IMG/VR virus record: IMGVR_UViG_3300032313_001035
Reading direction: 5' to 3' (one strand)
DNA length: 64,000 bases
Source of the DNA: a virus
In this document: piece by piece, positions 31,248 through 40,318 of the stretch
How positions within the stretch are numbered: position 1 is the stretch's first letter
How the letters are laid out: each line of letters begins with the position of its first letter
Made by a program: the position numbers and the translations under genes
The notes under the pieces: model-generated
Databases searched by the model: none
What the model was told of the DNA's origin: nothing
The model's input: the letters and a program-made list of their open reading frames with translations, nothing else

Positions 31248-31490
31248 ATGAAATTAACTCTTTTGACTTACAGTGCGTGTGGTCTCTGTTTTTCTCTCAA
31301 AAAAAGATTAGAAAAACATGAACTTGTCGTAAACACCTTACAATATACTGATCCTGAATACTTGTCATTTTACAAAAAACATGGGGTGGAATCGCTTCCT
31401 ACGTTAATTGTGGAAGATGGGGAGCATGTGGAAAAAATCACCAGTAACGATGACATTTTTAATTTTGTGGAAAACCATTTCAAATCTTGA
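31248..31490 (+). CDS. glutaredoxin-like protein
   Basis: CGLC and GVESLP motif. Confidence 0.75.
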   Translation: MKLTLLTYSACGLCFSLKKRLEKHELVVNTLQYTDPEYLSFYKKHGVESLPTLIVEDGEHVEKITSNDDIFNFVENHFKS

Positions 31491-31516
31491 GATAAAAACC
31501 ACATTACCATATCGCC

Positions 31517-31555
31517 ATGAATATTTTCTTCACCTCGCCCGAACCATTTCAATAA
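31517..31555 (+). pseudogene. orphaned 5' fragment (MNIFFTSPEPFQ*) of the glycosylase-like gene at 32501
   Basis: matches MNIFATSNDPFQ; keeps the leaderless promoter; ends 3 nt before the endonuclease stop. Confidence 0.75.
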
Positions 31556-31558
31556 TAA

Positions 31559-32422
31559 TTATTCCAGATATTTGAATGTGTAACCTTTGCAAGTTTTTGT
31601 CCTACCTGATAATTGATGTGAAATTTGTGCGGGATCACAATCAGTTTGATATCCCGCTTCTTTTATAGAATTGAATATTTTCCCATCGGATCTTATGATT
31701 TTTTTTCCATTTTTTCCAATTCTTGACAATGACATATTTTTGACATGAGACTCTGAAAATTTCATTCCAATTCTCCCCTTTGATATATTTTCTCGAATTT
31801 GATTTGATCTTTTTTGTCCCAGTAATGGATTTGGTTTGTTTTTTGTAATAAATCTCAATTTCAATTCATTTAAATCAAAATCTTTTAAATAAAACCAAAA
31901 TTTGTTATGTAAATTACTATAATTATGTTTAACTATTTTTTTCATTGTTACACACCCAAGAAATTGTGGTCCTATATGTGGATATTTTTTAGAAACCTCT
32001 GCAACATAATCAAAGTATTCAACCTCTCCCGTGATTATATCATAAGATACAATAGGTTTTCTATTTGGACATTGTTTTCCTTTATTATGCGGCACGATAC
32101 CATACATTCCATTCATTTCTCCTACAGGACATGGCGTAGCGTGTTCTCTGCCATTGTAGCCTTTGTTGTACGAGTTGTGATAGTTTATCCAATATTGTTC
32201 TCGTTCTGCAAGCATTTCTTGATTGATATTTTGTTCAAGTATGATAAATTCAAAAGATTCTTCTCCGTATTTGTCCCACGCTCTTTGGAGTTTCCTAGAG
32301 TGGTGTTCTTTTTTATTTAAACGTCTGATGTGCTCTGATTTTCTTTTGTGGAAAGTTCTGCCAGTAGCTCCAATGTAAAATTTTTTGTTGACATTACACT
32401 TCATCCCATATACTATGTTCAT
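31559..32422 (-). mobile_element. free-standing GIY-YIG homing endonuclease with NUMOD repeats
   Basis: IVYG...FYIG, RKSEH, KLQRAWDKYG, REQYWI, GYN; NUMOD-like tail; minus-strand TAAATA upstream. Confidence 0.9.
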
Positions 32423-32500
32423 ACACTTATATTTAACTTTGAATTCAAAAAATATTTTAATTACCTGCTTTTTATAAAAACTAAACACAATTATTGAACA

Positions 32501-32983
32501 ATGAACATTTTTGCAACTTCCAATGACCCTTTTCAAGCCGCAATGTGGCTGTGTGACAAACACATGAAGCAATTATTAGAAAGCTGTCAAATGCTTTGCA
32601 CAGCATTTCATGAGCAAGGCATTACCGCCCCTTATAAACCATCGCATCGTAATCACCCCAGTTCTATTTGGACACGTGCAAGCTATGACAATTTTCAATG
32701 GCTTATTGCACACGCTCACGGTATCTCAGAAGAATACACTGCTCGTTATGGTAAAACACATAAATCTAAAGCAGTTTTAGACTGGTGTGAGGACAACGCT
32801 CATAAACTTGGATTCGACACTATCGATCTTACTAAGTTTGCTATTGCAATCGCAGAAAACATGTTGTGTCGCAAGCATCCAGACTTCACCGAGAGTGACC
32901 CTGTTAACGCATACAGACTTTACTACAAATTAGACAAACAACATCTCCATGCTTGGAAACGAAACAGACCAGACTGGTTATGA
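32501..32983 (+). CDS. pyrimidine-dimer DNA glycosylase-like protein (DenV-related)
   Basis: MNIF...CDKH...LESCQML, YKPSHRNHPSSIW, EYTARYGKTHKS, AYRLYY. Confidence 0.75.
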   Translation: MNIFATSNDPFQAAMWLCDKHMKQLLESCQMLCTAFHEQGITAPYKPSHRNHPSSIWTRASYDNFQWLIAHAHGISEEYTARYGKTHKSKAVLDWCEDNAHKLGFDTIDLTKFAIAIAENMLCRKHPDFTESDPVNAYRLYYKLDKQHLHAWKRNRPDWL

Positions 32984-32995
32984 AAAAATATAAAA

Positions 32996-33271
32996 ATGAA
33001 ATCACAGATTACTAATATGACATTGCAACAAAAAATAGATGACTACCTTGAAGATGAATCTATCTTACTCGCAGATGGATTTGATGAAGCGTTCATCGGG
33101 ATTGCACGACAATTCACAAACCTATTTGCTGTGTATGATCGAGAGAAGTGTATCGAGATTCTTACTGCTAATGGTATTACCGAAGACGAAGCTGAGGAGT
33201 ATTTCCAGTTCAATGTCGAAGGAGCATACGTAGGAGAAAGCACACCTGCATTTTTGACGAGATTGTCTTAG
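32996..33271 (+). CDS. conserved phage hypothetical protein
   Basis: ADGFDEAFIG...AVYD...AEEYFQFNVEGAYVGESTP. Confidence 0.75.
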   Translation: MKSQITNMTLQQKIDDYLEDESILLADGFDEAFIGIARQFTNLFAVYDREKCIEILTANGITEDEAEEYFQFNVEGAYVGESTPAFLTRLS

Positions 33272-33417
33272 TTCTACGCAAGGAATTTAAACTGACATTA
33301 TACAAATGAATTTTAAGAAAAGGCAAACGAATGCATCTTACATTCAGTCGCAAAATTTTATCATTTGATAATAAAAACCACACTACAATAACGACATCGA
33401 TTTGAACACAAAAGAAT

Positions 33418-33711
33418 ATGTTTAATTTATTCACAATTTTGATTGGTTTATTATTATTCAATGCTGGTTATTATTATATGCCAATGATTGGAATTATTTT
33501 AATGTTATTGGGTGGATATATCTTATCTCGTCTGATGGCTGGTGAATCGAATACACCCATTTACTTTTTCATTGGGTTGAGCATGTTAGTTCCATCGTGT
33601 TTTATGTTGGTCTCATTCTTTGAAAAAAATCAATTCGAATATTCTCAAACATTCAAATATCTACTGTGCCTTTGCGGTGCAGTCACTACATGGTTATCAG
33701 TAAAAAAATAA
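33418..33711 (+). CDS. membrane protein
   Basis: 3-4 hydrophobic segments. Confidence 0.65.
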   Translation: MFNLFTILIGLLLFNAGYYYMPMIGIILMLLGGYILSRLMAGESNTPIYFFIGLSMLVPSCFMLVSFFEKNQFEYSQTFKYLLCLCGAVTTWLSVKK

Positions 33712-33715
33712 AAAT

Positions 33716-34225
33716 ATGCACGAAATATACAATCCATTAAACTTACTAGGCAAAACTATTGAAGTATCTTATCATCAAGACGATCTTGGAGAATACGCTA
33801 GAGTAATTGAAATCGAAGCAATTGACGGCGAAAGAGCTTTCGAAATAGTATTCGACAAATATCCAGAAATTGAAGATGATGAAAGATTCATTTGGACAAC
33901 TCAAGAACCTTTTGAATTTGTTAATGGTAAAGCATGCTTCGATAATATTGGACACATGCGTAGAATTTTCTTGACATTGAAAGAACCACATGATAATGTC
34001 GAAACAGAACAAATCACAACAGCAAACACAATGAAAACAACAATTAAAGAATTGAGTGAAAAATTAGGAGTGGATTCAGTTTACGTAAATGGTTTTATTC
34101 AAACCCTTTTGAAAATTAAAAAGGCTAGAATCGTAGGTAAGGTGGAGAAACCAAGTGGTGGTAAAGGAAAACCATCAAATATTTATGAGATCGATGATAT
34201 TGATAACCTTCTAAAGGATCGATAA
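33716..34225 (+). CDS. hypothetical protein with C-terminal winged-HTH (internal start at 34031 likely)
   Basis: TIKELSEKLGV...GKVEKPSGGKGKPSNIY. Confidence 0.6.
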   Translation: MHEIYNPLNLLGKTIEVSYHQDDLGEYARVIEIEAIDGERAFEIVFDKYPEIEDDERFIWTTQEPFEFVNGKACFDNIGHMRRIFLTLKEPHDNVETEQITTANTMKTTIKELSEKLGVDSVYVNGFIQTLLKIKKARIVGKVEKPSGGKGKPSNIYEIDDIDNLLKDR

Positions 34226-34259
34226 AACAACTCATAATTGAAAGTAAGATATTGCCCTT

Positions 34260-34574
34260 ATGGTTGAAAAAAAATTAGCACTACACGAAATAAAATATTA
34301 TCACGATAATGATTTAGGATTTGTCTTTTTGGGTAATACTCCATCATCGGATAGCAGCATTCAAAAATTAGCAGATTTTTTGGTATCCATGGGTGTTTCT
34401 CAAAAATTACCAGAATGCTATATTAGGGTATCACCCACTGTTACTGCTTTCATATACGCTAAAGATTCTGGATACAAGTCTGGAGCGTTTTATCAAGCTT
34501 GTCAACGAGTCGAATTGCGTGGTGTTTATCGCGTAGAATCGTTGGGATATTTTTTGGATAATCTTGCAAAGTGA
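34260..34574 (+). CDS. hypothetical protein
   Basis: co-oriented ORF. Confidence 0.55.
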   Translation: MVEKKLALHEIKYYHDNDLGFVFLGNTPSSDSSIQKLADFLVSMGVSQKLPECYIRVSPTVTAFIYAKDSGYKSGAFYQACQRVELRGVYRVESLGYFLDNLAK

Positions 34575-34598
34575 TAAAAACCACATTAAAATTGCACC

Positions 34599-36539
34599 AT
34601 GATAACGAACTTAGCAGCATCACCTATTTATACACAAGGTATTGACCATGACCAAATATCTTCCATGGATATGGATTTGGAAGGTATGAAACAAGCATGT
34701 CAAATTTTCCGCGATAATATCTATACCGATAAAATCTTGGCAGTTGTCCGTGAATGGACGTGCAATGCGGTGGATGAGCATGTGAAACATAATATCAATA
34801 AACCTGTCAGAATAGGTATCGTCGATAGTAAATTCTTCGTCAGAGACTTTGCAATGGGTCTTGATGACAATGGCATTCGAAATATTTTCGGTAAGTATTT
34901 CCGTTCTACCAAATCTAATTCTGATCAACCGATTGGTGGATTTGGTGTTGGTGCAAAGGCTGGTCATTGCTATAATGACGTATTTTACGTCACATCATTT
35001 CACAATGGTCTCAAAACCCAATACTCTTGCATTTTGGGTGGCGATGAATCGGGAGCATCGATTGGTCAAGTTATCGAATTGTCTCAAGAACCCACAACTG
35101 AAAGTGGTTTGTTGGTAGAGATTGATTTGAATAATCACTACGATACAAGAATTTTCTATGATAAGATGAAGAAAATGCAGAAGTTTATGAACTCCTGCCC
35201 AGTAGAAATTTTTTGGCAAGGTAAAATCGACGATGCGTTTGAAAAGACATTCATCTTTGAAAAAGATGGTATCAAAGTCTACAACATCAAAGATACTGAA
35301 AATGAAAAGTATTTTATTACTATGGGTGGTGTTTATTACAAAACCCCTGATAGCTTCAAGAATTTTTCTTTTAGAAATAGTATAACCCCACATACGCATA
35401 ATTATATTCAGATCGATGTTCCTATTGGATTTTTCGATGTTCCGATTTCCAGAGAATCATTTAGAGATGGGCAAAAATTTAAAAGTAACATTGAGAAATG
35501 TGAGAAAATAATGTTGGAATACTTTGAAAGTGAAAAGTCTTCTTTGAAGAAACTAGACATTTTCGATATTATTAATGATGTTCCAACCAATACTCAATTT
35601 TTTAACTATACAAAATCCAACTTCATGGCAGCTGATTTGGTCATGGCGTTGTTTAAAATCGGTAGTGTTGGTGATAACACATCACCTTTTATCATGGATA
35701 AAAAATCTGTGGTGGTTGCTACAGTATCCAATCACTATGCCCACAAGCATAATCAAATCGATAATCTTACTAAGTTTGCAAAAGAAAATAATTTTCGGAT
35801 TTTAACTATTTCTGAAAATGATGCCTACACCACAGCTGGCACTTTGAGCAAACATGGATTGGATGGAGTGTTGAAATTCAAAAAATGCCGATCAGTATTA
35901 CCTAAAAATAAAACATCCAAGTTGGATGATGGCACATACAGTATCTATCGTCGTGGTTATGGTAATCATATTCGTCTTACACCTTTGGAATTACATAACG
36001 CTTATCAAGGCACTAACCACATGACAATAGAGGAAGTGCAGGGATATATCGAAGATATATTTGATAACGGTGATATGTATAGCATTAAAAAAATTGTCAT
36101 GACTGATAACGGATTTATCGACAAATATTCTTTTAGAAGTAATAAACTCATACAATCTTTGAAATCCATGGGGTATTACGAATTTACCGATGCTGAATAT
36201 TCATCTCGTAGATCAGAACTCGAAAGAGAACACGCTAAAATCTATAGTGAATTTGAAACATTATATAATAATTATACTAAAGTTAGAAAGTTTTTGTCAC
36301 CAACGACTAGATCTTTATTGGATAAAAAATCCAGTGATAGTAAAAGTTCTTTTATTAAAAAATATTCTTGCCGCATAAAAGATTTCAATAATATCATCAG
36401 TAATTATATTAATACTGAAGATGTCTCAGCTAAAATCTTGTTGCAATTATTGACACAATCTCGATATGTTGATATTCCTTATACGGACATCAAAAAAGTT
36501 CTCAAAGTTGCTAAAAAAAATATTGACATCGTCAAATAA
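34599..36539 (+). CDS. rIIA: rIIA-like protein (GHKL ATPase N-terminus)
   Basis: IYTDKILAVVRE..CNAVD, VRDFAMGL, YFRSTK, IGGFGVGAK; adjacent to rIIB. Confidence 0.9.
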   Translation: MITNLAASPIYTQGIDHDQISSMDMDLEGMKQACQIFRDNIYTDKILAVVREWTCNAVDEHVKHNINKPVRIGIVDSKFFVRDFAMGLDDNGIRNIFGKYFRSTKSNSDQPIGGFGVGAKAGHCYNDVFYVTSFHNGLKTQYSCILGGDESGASIGQVIELSQEPTTESGLLVEIDLNNHYDTRIFYDKMKKMQKFMNSCPVEIFWQGKIDDAFEKTFIFEKDGIKVYNIKDTENEKYFITMGGVYYKTPDSFKNFSFRNSITPHTHNYIQIDVPIGFFDVPISRESFRDGQKFKSNIEKCEKIMLEYFESEKSSLKKLDIFDIINDVPTNTQFFNYTKSNFMAADLVMALFKIGSVGDNTSPFIMDKKSVVVATVSNHYAHKHNQIDNLTKFAKENNFRILTISENDAYTTAGTLSKHGLDGVLKFKKCRSVLPKNKTSKLDDGTYSIYRRGYGNHIRLTPLELHNAYQGTNHMTIEEVQGYIEDIFDNGDMYSIKKIVMTDNGFIDKYSFRSNKLIQSLKSMGYYEFTDAEYSSRRSELEREHAKIYSEFETLYNNYTKVRKFLSPTTRSLLDKKSSDSKSSFIKKYSCRIKDFNNIISNYINTEDVSAKILLQLLTQSRYVDIPYTDIKKVLKVAKKNIDIVK

Positions 36540-36561
36540 TCTGGTAATATATAAACACAAT

Positions 36562-37572
36562 ATGAAATACATCATCAACGAAGTTGGAGTGGTTCTCTTC
36601 AAAGACGGTAAACCCACTAAAATCGAAAACACAGACAAGCGATATGCGCGAGTCATTGCCGCTCTTAAATTACCTCTCGGTGAACAAGATGCTGCTATTG
36701 ATGAAGCATTGGTGAATATCAACTTTAATAAAGATATTGAATCGAAAGGATTTTGTGTGAATTATTCGACTGGTGAAGTCACCTACAAAGGTGAACATCT
36801 ACCTACTCCTCTCGCACAAAAAGTTATGTCACTGATTGAAGAAAACCTTCCTGTCACTTTGTTGGAGCGTTTTTGGGAAAATCTTAAACTCAATCCATCT
36901 TACAATTCAATTCGAGAATTATATGATTTCCTTGCTTATAAGGAATTGCCTATCACAGAGGATGGTTGCTTCTTGGCATATCGTGGACTGCGAGAAGATT
37001 ATTATTCCGTCAATGGCAATACTTCAACTAAAGTGTTGCAAGGAATGGTGGATTCACAAGGTCATATTTATAATGGTGTGGGAGAACATATCGAAGTATT
37101 TCGTGGAGATGTTGATGATGATCGAAATCATCATTGCTCACAAGGTATCCATGCTGGTTCGTATGACTATGCTAAAAACTGGTCTCGTGGCAAATTGGTT
37201 GTCGTTAAAATCAATCCTAAAGATGTCGTAAGTGTTCCATCCGATTGCAATTGTCAGAAACTTCGTTGCTGTGCTTACACGGTTATTAGCGAAATTGAGC
37301 ACGAAATCAAAGATATTGCCACCGACGAAAACGGTGAAGGTATTACTGATGAAGATTATTCGGAAGAAGCAGCACAACGTTATATCGTAATCGATAGAGT
37401 TGATAAATATATTTCACGTAAACGTGATCAAGGTGTTAAGACATTGACACTTAAATCGATACAGAGTTGTTTCTCTCCTGATTGTCCTAGCACAATTGAA
37501 ATCATTGATGCTTTAAATTATCTCGGTCTTGTATGGAGATTTGAGGGTAACTCTAAAGTTGTTGATATTTAA
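36562..37572 (+). CDS. rIIB: rIIB-like protein
   Basis: FWENLKLNPS, ELYDFL, ITEDGCFLAY, CSQGIHAG, KINPKDVVSVP, KLRCC. Confidence 0.92.
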   Translation: MKYIINEVGVVLFKDGKPTKIENTDKRYARVIAALKLPLGEQDAAIDEALVNINFNKDIESKGFCVNYSTGEVTYKGEHLPTPLAQKVMSLIEENLPVTLLERFWENLKLNPSYNSIRELYDFLAYKELPITEDGCFLAYRGLREDYYSVNGNTSTKVLQGMVDSQGHIYNGVGEHIEVFRGDVDDDRNHHCSQGIHAGSYDYAKNWSRGKLVVVKINPKDVVSVPSDCNCQKLRCCAYTVISEIEHEIKDIATDENGEGITDEDYSEEAAQRYIVIDRVDKYISRKRDQGVKTLTLKSIQSCFSPDCPSTIEIIDALNYLGLVWRFEGNSKVVDI

Positions 37573-37574
37573 TC

Positions 37575-38135
37575 GTGAAATTTTGTCGGTATTGTATCAT
37601 GAATGTAATACTTTGCTTGCCTGTAGTTGGGCAAGCAAAGTATCTCGAATCTGGTATAGCTTCTATTTATTCAGTGAATACTAATGGTGGAACTATCACA
37701 GCATCTGGTATACCACTCAAAGATAATGATTTAACCGCTGCACATAAAACATTACCATTCGGTTCTTACGTTAAGGTAGTGTGTGCAAAAACTAAAAAAT
37801 CAGTAGTAGTTAAAATAATTGATAGAGGACCATATATGAAAGGTCGTGTTATCGATTTAACACCCGCAGCAGCACAGGCTATAGGACTAGATCGAAAACG
37901 TGGTATTACCAAGGTGACTTTATACAAAGATGTTCCTTCTTTATCCAATTCCAAAACTAAAGCTTTGAAAGTAACCCCTGCGAATGGAGCACCTTTTGTT
38001 GATACAAAACCTCAAAATGAAACAGAAACCGTGAAAAATAATAATTATAAATGGGTAGTAGTGCCATTAGTTGTGGTATATGTGATATATCAAATTAAAA
38101 AATGGTGGACAAATAAAAATAACGTGGTAAAATAA
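37575..38135 (+). CDS. rlpA: RlpA-like double-psi beta-barrel lytic transglycosylase with C-terminal TM
   Basis: GIASIY, TASG, TAAHKTLPFGS, IIDRGPY, RVIDL. Confidence 0.85.
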   Translation: MKFCRYCIMNVILCLPVVGQAKYLESGIASIYSVNTNGGTITASGIPLKDNDLTAAHKTLPFGSYVKVVCAKTKKSVVVKIIDRGPYMKGRVIDLTPAAAQAIGLDRKRGITKVTLYKDVPSLSNSKTKALKVTPANGAPFVDTKPQNETETVKNNNYKWVVVPLVVVYVIYQIKKWWTNKNNVVK

Positions 38136-38141
38136 AATTTT

Positions 38142-38384
38142 ATGAAAACAGTAAACGAAAAAACAAATAGAAAAAATAAGCAGTGGCTCAGGAATCCAGA
38201 TCAACGGAAGAACAAAAAATTGTTTAACGTTCAGATGGTGCAAATGAAAGATGGTTCTTTCCATATTCTTGGTGGTGGAGCTAGAGTGGAAATTGGTGTG
38301 AATCAACATCGTTCTGAATGGGTAAATGTTGATGTTCGCGACCTAGCGACTGAAATGCGATTGAATGGTGTTCGTTCTTTTTAA
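38142..38384 (+). CDS. hypothetical protein
   Basis: co-oriented ORF. Confidence 0.55.
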   Translation: MKTVNEKTNRKNKQWLRNPDQRKNKKLFNVQMVQMKDGSFHILGGGARVEIGVNQHRSEWVNVDVRDLATEMRLNGVRSF

Positions 38385-38428
38385 GAAAAACATTTGAATA
38401 AAAACTACTGTATAATAAATACAGTAAA

Positions 38429-38503
38429 TCCCATGTAGCTCAATGGTAGAGCGGTGCGCTGTTAACGCATAGGTTGTAGGTTCGAGTCCTACCGTGGGAG
38501 CCA
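38429..38503 (+). tRNA. tRNA-Asn(GTT)
   Basis: canonical cloverleaf, loop CTGTTAA, GGTTCGAGTCC, encoded CCA. Confidence 0.95.
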
Positions 38504-38512
38504 AAAATTTAT

Positions 38513-38588
38513 TGCGGGATGGAGCAGTTGGTAGCTCGTTTGGCTCATAACCAAAAGGTCGTCGGTTCAAGTCCGACTCCCGCGACCA
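38513..38588 (+). tRNA. tRNA-Met(CAT), initiator-like
   Basis: loop CTCATAA, U1-G72, A11-U24, CCA; only two G-C pairs at the base of the anticodon stem. Confidence 0.9.
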
Positions 38589-38598
38589 ATTAAATAAT

Positions 38599-38674
38599 AC
38601 TAGTCATCGTCTAAATGTTAAGACCTCACGACAGTACGTGGGAAATGTAGGCTACAATCTACTGGCTAGTACCA
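38599..38674 (+). ncRNA. non-canonical tRNA-like RNA
   Basis: 8-bp acceptor ACTAGTCA/TGGCTAGT plus ACCA; D arm GTCT/AGAC; aberrant anticodon and T loops. Confidence 0.6.
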
Positions 38675-38694
38675 ATTTACCTAAGCGGGCTCAC

Positions 38695-38782
38695 GAAACG
38701 TAGGGACGGGCTCTTCCAACAGCGTAATGGCTGTAGCTTTCGAGCGAAGAGTATGTATATCTTGCAGAAGCGTTTCAAACCA
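38695..38782 (+). ncRNA. structured RNA ending in ACCA
   Basis: GAAACGT/GCGTTTC, CTCTTC/GAAGAG, ACAGC/GCTGT, GCT-TTCG-AGC. Confidence 0.4.
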
Positions 38783-38796
38783 ATTAAATAATAAAT

Positions 38797-39063
38797 ATGA
38801 AAGTAATATATTTATCAATTGCATTACTATCTTCTTGCGCTCACACGAAAATTTATTCTCGTGATGGTAAGAAAATTTTTAAAACGCAAGCTGATATTGA
38901 AAACATGAGCTATGTTCAAAATTCTGATGGTAGTATTGAATGGAAAGTTGAGAAACTGAACCATTCAATTCCTACAGAGTCACAGGGCAAAGCAGCATCA
39001 GGTAAAATCAATGCTGTATCCGCAGGATTGATAGGAATAGGTGTCGGCTCACTAATTAAATAA
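38797..39063 (+). CDS. putative lipoprotein
   Basis: MKVIYLSIALLSSC lipobox; TAAATA upstream. Confidence 0.65.
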   Translation: MKVIYLSIALLSSCAHTKIYSRDGKKIFKTQADIENMSYVQNSDGSIEWKVEKLNHSIPTESQGKAASGKINAVSAGLIGIGVGSLIK

Positions 39064-39065
39064 TT

Positions 39066-39149
39066 TTTGCGAGAGGGTGTCTAAACTGCTTGGTCCGTCA
39101 GTTGAACTTGCAAAGGGTAAGAATCCAAATCGAACCTTGTCAACGGACC
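39066..39149 (+). ncRNA. predicted pseudoknotted RNA
   Basis: P1 TTTGCGAG/CTTGCAAA, P2 AACTG/CAGTT; loop GGTCCGT pairs with ACGGACC at 39143. Confidence 0.5.
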
Positions 39150-39189
39150 TTCACTTTATAAAAACAACATTAAAATAACTGCGTAACAT

Positions 39190-39354
39190 ATGAATAAAAA
39201 TACACGACAAGCACGTAATGCTGGTTTCGCCAGTAAAAAAGACCAGAACAACAATGGCACTAGAATCTTTGCAGGTTCGAACTGTGATACTAGCTGGGAT
39301 AATCCCAACAGTAAACACCGCAAGCGCAAGCAATACGGTCGTCAACCAGCATAA
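39190..39354 (+). CDS. 54-aa basic protein (MNKNTRQARNAGFASKK...)
   Basis: ORF read by eye downstream of the promoter copy at 39159. Confidence 0.55.
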   Translation: MNKNTRQARNAGFASKKDQNNNGTRIFAGSNCDTSWDNPNSKHRKRKQYGRQPA

Positions 39355-39361
39355 TCACTAT

Positions 39362-39437
39362 AACTTCGGTAGCTCAGATGGACAGAGCACAGCATTGATA
39401 AAGCTGATGTCGTTGGTTCGAATCCAACCCGAAGTTT
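39362..39437 (+). tRNA. tRNA-Ile(GAT)
   Basis: AACTTCG/CGAAGTT acceptor, loop TTGATAA, GGTTCGAATCC; A-A mismatch in anticodon stem; no encoded CCA. Confidence 0.8.
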
Positions 39438-39446
39438 CATATTTTT

Positions 39447-39926
39447 ATGAGTAATTATTCTATAGAACGTGGTGATGCTTTAGACTATGACCCAAGCAAA
39501 CAAACTTTGATTGCTCATGTGGTCAATGATAAAGGTTTGTGGGGTGCTGGATTTGTTGTCGCTATTTCTAATAAATGGACACAACCTGAAACTTACTATC
39601 ATCGTTACATAAAAAATGCAATTGATAGTAATCGATCTGTTTTAGGTGAAGTTCAATTTATTGATGTTGAGTCGTGTGTTACTATAGGTAACATGTGTGC
39701 GATGTCGGGAGTCTACAATCACAATAACAAAACACCGTTGTGTTACGATTCTTTGAGAAAATGTCTTATTACTCTAAGAAAAAAAGCCGAAAGAGATTCT
39801 TTCGATATTGTTCAGATGCCTCAGATTGGTGCGGGATTAGCTCGTGGTGATTGGAATATTATTGAAAAAGATATTAAAGATATTTTTTTCGGTTCTTCTG
39901 TAAATGTCATAATTAAAATTTTATAA
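39447..39926 (+). CDS. macrodomain (ADP-ribose hydrolase-like)
   Basis: GD, IAHVVND.G.WGAGF, MPQIGAGLARGDW. Confidence 0.88.
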   Translation: MSNYSIERGDALDYDPSKQTLIAHVVNDKGLWGAGFVVAISNKWTQPETYYHRYIKNAIDSNRSVLGEVQFIDVESCVTIGNMCAMSGVYNHNNKTPLCYDSLRKCLITLRKKAERDSFDIVQMPQIGAGLARGDWNIIEKDIKDIFFGSSVNVIIKIL

Positions 39927-39927
39927 T

Positions 39928-40170
39928 ATGGATATTGAAGAAATATTCTACCCCAAAGAAGTCGAATCTCTCCTGAGCGATCTTTGGGGTACTATGAGAA
40001 ATGCGCCAACAGAACGTTGGCAAATGCCTCGGACAACTGGTTTCCAACGTCTTGTTGACTTTCGATTATGGCGTGGTATAATTCAAGAACAAATCAACAG
40101 CAATGCTTCAAACAGAACTAAATCGCCTGACATCAGGACTATATTGCCTACCCATACGGAAGCTTCGTGA
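39928..40170 (+). CDS. hypothetical mini-protein
   Basis: co-oriented ORF starting MDIEE. Confidence 0.4.
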   Translation: MDIEEIFYPKEVESLLSDLWGTMRNAPTERWQMPRTTGFQRLVDFRLWRGIIQEQINSNASNRTKSPDIRTILPTHTEAS

Positions 40171-40318
40171 TGAGTTGTGGGAGGATGTAATACAGCTACA
40201 ATTAAATGATGATATAGACGATATTGTACATGATAATGTTAGAAGACGGTCATTATTAAGCCACATTGCTGGGAACATAGGTTGGGAATTATTTGAAAGA
40301 GGACAAAATGAAAGATAA
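40103..40318 (+). CDS. hypothetical mini-protein, possible diverged SV-family member
   Basis: 4-residue hydrophobic periodicity LRDELWEDV...IDDIVHDNV. Confidence 0.45.
   Translation: MLQTELNRLTSGLYCLPIRKLRDELWEDVIQLQLNDDIDDIVHDNVRRRSLLSHIAGNIGWELFERGQNER

Noticed and set aside
31556-32500. Group I intron carrying the GIY-YIG gene
   Set aside because: The ORF is antisense to the host gene, the flanks leave no room for an intron core, and the downstream gene has its own ATG.
38675-38782. tRNA-associated HDV-like (theta) or hammerhead ribozyme
   Set aside because: I could not build the nested double pseudoknot or find the CUGAnGA/GAAA core by eye.
39218-39454. 78-aa ORF in the track
   Set aside because: It overlaps tRNA-Ile; the alternative frame 39190-39354 fits the promoter and stops before the tRNA.
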